Shown piece by piece: positions 18,231 to 20,417 of a stretch of DNA of 20,417 bases. A program made the translations under genes and the position numbers. Position 1 is the first letter of the stretch. Each line of letters starts with the position of its first letter. A model generated the notes under the pieces. That model worked only from the letters and a program-made list of their open reading frames with translations. It did no database searches and had not been told where the DNA came from. Source of the DNA: an uncultured Pseudomonadota bacterium (lineage in GTDB: Bacteria > SAR324 > NAC60-12); the NCBI GenBank assembly GCA_913020725.1, contig CAJWCD010000063.1, positions 1 through 20,417 on the forward strand, in the 5' to 3' direction.

Positions 18231-19695
18231 GGCATGTTACAACGGCAAGAGGCTCTGCAAATTTCCCTGCGGTCAGTTCGGCAAGTCGAGCGGAGCAATA
18301 GAAGCCTTGGCAGCGCCCCATGGTTGCACGCGTGCGCCGTTTTAAACCCTCAAAATTTCCTGCCGGAACAATGCTTTCGAGCGCAGAGCATATTTCTCGT
18401 TGCGTTACCATTTCACAATGACAAACAATTTCACCATATCCAGAAATTTGCCAGTCACGCGGAACTGGAAAGTCTGGGTCTGAATATTCTGCAAGATTGG
18501 GAACACATGGCACAACAGGGTTGTCGAGGGATTCAAACTCAGCCCCTTGCTTTTCAAGCAGATTGTAAACGTGACGGGCGAGACCAAGAGCAGCGGTCAG
18601 TCCGGTGGAACGGATTCCGCCGAGTGTGATCCAGTTCCGGTCAAAATCTTTGAAAATCCGGTATTCTTTTTTTTCGGTGGCAGGTCGAATTCCGGCGTAA
18701 GTTGCCGTGACTGGAACATTGGCGAGTGCAGGGATTTTTTTGACAGCCTGAGCATGAAGTGCTTCCAAATTTGTTTTGTCAACGGAAGCATCGGTTCTGC
18801 TTTCCTGTTCTTCTGCAGTTGGCCCGACGGCAAGGTTTCCAAAAATGGTTGGAAAAATCACAATCCCTTTTGTGCGTTCGGTTGGCACAGGCAAAATAAT
18901 TGATCGAATCAAGGAACTCGCCGCCTTATCAAACACAACGAACTGCCCTTTGCGCGGCTTGATCGTGAATTCGCTTTTTCCTAAAATCGCATCATCTAAA
19001 TGATCCCCATAGAGTCCGGCGCAATTGATGACGTACTTAGCTTTGATTGTTCCACGCTTGGTTTGCAGCAACCAATGGTTTGCTGAAAACTCACCGCCTG
19101 TAATTTCCGCATTAAAAATCGCCTGCCCTCCATTGGCAACTGCTTGAGTCAAATAAGCCAGCGGAGCAGACCACGGATCAATCACAAACTCACGTGGAAC
19201 CAGAACGGCGGCCCGGATAGTTCCAGAAAGATTGGGTTCCAAGTTGAGGGCTTCGGATTGACTCAATAAACGCAAATCCTCAATGCCGTTGTTTCGCGCC
19301 TTCTCCAAAATCCCTGCAAGTTTTTCTTCTTCCTCTACCGTCCATGCGGCAACCAATGCACCAGTTTTAAGCAATGGAAGATTGAGGCTTTTGCGGATTT
19401 TAAGATATTCATCATAACACTTCCGGACACATTCCAATTCTAAAGAACCTTCGGGTGCATCAAATCCGGTGTGGAGAATGGCGCTGTTGCCCTTACTGGC
19501 ACCGCTTAGAATATCCGACGCTTTCTCAAGCAGCACAACTGAGGCTCCTGCTAATGCCACCCGACGTGCGACGGCACAGCCGACAACGCCACCTCCGATG
19601 ACTGCGATATCAACATTCGCAAGCAACGAATTGAATCCGCGGTCCGTTTCAGCATCATACGCTTTTGATTTCTTCTGCCGATGTTGAATATTCAT
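18223..19695 (-). CDS. FAD-dependent oxidoreductase (glycerol-3-phosphate dehydrogenase/LhgO-like) with a C-terminal BFD-like [2Fe-2S] domain
   Basis: VIGGGVVG, GASKGNSAILHTGFD, INCAGLYGD, PRKGQF, GPTAE, GIRSTGLT, C-terminal CHCE...KRRTRATMGRCQGFYC. Confidence 0.9.
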   Translation of the reverse strand: MNIQHRQKKSKAYDAETDRGFNSLLANVDIAVIGGGVVGCAVARRVALAGASVVLLEKASDILSGASKGNSAILHTGFDAPEGSLELECVRKCYDEYLKIRKSLNLPLLKTGALVAAWTVEEEEKLAGILEKARNNGIEDLRLLSQSEALNLEPNLSGTIRAAVLVPREFVIDPWSAPLAYLTQAVANGGQAIFNAEITGGEFSANHWLLQTKRGTIKAKYVINCAGLYGDHLDDAILGKSEFTIKPRKGQFVVFDKAASSLIRSIILPVPTERTKGIVIFPTIFGNLAVGPTAEEQESRTDASVDKTNLEALHAQAVKKIPALANVPVTATYAGIRPATEKKEYRIFKDFDRNWITLGGIRSTGLTAALGLARHVYNLLEKQGAEFESLDNPVVPCVPNLAEYSDPDFPVPRDWQISGYGEIVCHCEMVTQREICSALESIVPAGNFEGLKRRTRATMGRCQGFYCSARLAELTAGKFAEPLAVVTCHD

Positions 19696-19898
19696 GCCTG
19701 AACGGTATCATAAAATGCCTGAATGGGCAATTAAAATTTGAACTAGGCGAAATTATTTATGGTTCTCGTGGGTATACTTGGGATGGATGGAAAAAGAGGC
19801 GCTTGCTTTGTGGCCTATGCTTGATCGGCAATGATAATGTTCACGTTGGCCTCTAGCAGGGCTTTTTTTATTTTGTCCGAAGGAGGCTGGTCACACAC

Positions 19899-20262
19899 GA
19901 GATTGGTAAGCCGGTCGAATCCACAGACTTCAAAGGACGCAATGCGAGCAAATCAATTCCACGATAAATTCGATCTACTTTTGACACCTACACTTCCAAT
20001 TACAGCTTTTAATATTGGTTTGGAGATTCCAGAAAACTCTGTCTATGGCTGGTGGCCTGAATGGGTGGCTTTTTGGTATCCTTTCAACCTTACTCGGCAA
20101 CCAGCGTATTCGATACCTTGCGGCTTCACAGCAGCAAAACTGCCAATTGGTCTGCAAGTCATTGGTCGTCAATTTGACGATGTAAATGTGTTAAGAGCGG
20201 CAACTGCGTTTGAAGTAGTTTACCAGCAAAAAATGCCAGTGGCACCAATTTCGGCCAATTGA
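19899..20262 (+). pseudogene. Amidase-signature (GatA-like) family, C-terminal remnant
   Basis: FHDKFDLLLTPTLP, YPFNLT.QPA.SIPCG, LPIGLQVIG..FDD..VLRAA.AFE are amidase C-terminal motifs. The N-terminal ~300 aa with the Ser-cisSer-Lys triad are absent. The 5' boundary is approximate. Confidence 0.8.
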
Positions 20263-20291
20263 CAGGATTATCTATACTGATTGCACAAATC

Positions 20292-20416
20292 AGGTAACTA
20301 TTCAGGTCTTAAATTGAAGTGTTTGAGTGCTCAGATATTCAGAGTCAAGCGTGGGTCTGCGCCACTGAAGGCAGCTTGGAGGTAACTATTCAGGTCTCAA
20401 GGAGGGTTGTTTGAGT
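20292..20416 (+). repeat. Two bipartite direct repeats AGGTAACTATTCAGGTCT-N10-TGTTTGAGT with an 88-nt period
   Basis: Copy 1 at 20292-20328, copy 2 at 20380-20416. The first 18 nt and last 9 nt are identical; the middles are TAAATTGAAG and CAAGGAGGGT. The window ends 1 nt after copy 2. Confidence 0.8.
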
Positions 20417-20417
20417 C

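Noticed and set aside
15646..19687. Plus-strand ORFs opposite the kinase and oxidoreductase genes
   Set aside because: Antisense shadows without recognisable motifs.
19831..19898. 5' part of ORF 19831-20262 as real coding sequence
   Set aside because: No amidase similarity is visible here and it spans a terminator-like T-run.
20292..20416. Canonical CRISPR array
   Set aside because: Only two units, 7 internal mismatches, a 51-nt interval and no cas genes in view; kept as an unexplained repeat.

Overview
Bacterial chromosomal window, mostly catabolic and transport genes, with decaying or mobile DNA at both ends. Left edge (1-1163): probable right end of an IS5-family element, a 155-bp element with perfect 21-bp terminal inverted repeats (MITE-like, highly structured), and frameshifted DUF433 antitoxin and DUF1640/CCDC90-like pseudogenes. 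GC-rich core (1213-15633): ICL/PEP-mutase-superfamily C-C lyase, VOC protein, a five-gene Opp/Dpp-type ABC importer (ATPase-ATPase-SBP-permease-permease), an AbrB-family membrane protein, a crotonase lacking both catalytic glutamates, a DUF2207 membrane protein with an inserted ConA/DUF1080-like domain, and a two-gene module (acyl-CoA-dehydrogenase-fold flavoprotein lacking the catalytic Glu + NicX-like ring-cleavage dioxygenase) behind a sigma70-like promoter overlapped by a palindromic operator. At about 15640 the DNA becomes visibly AT-richer: a minus-strand GlpA-like / FAD oxidoreductase / glycerol-kinase-like trio, an amidase 3' remnant and, at the right edge, two bipartite direct repeats (18 nt constant + 10 nt variable + 9 nt constant, 88-nt period) cut off by the window end. 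Several short palindromic REP-like elements lie between genes. I saw no rRNA, tRNA, canonical CRISPR array or cas gene. All family calls come from motif recognition by eye, not from database searches.
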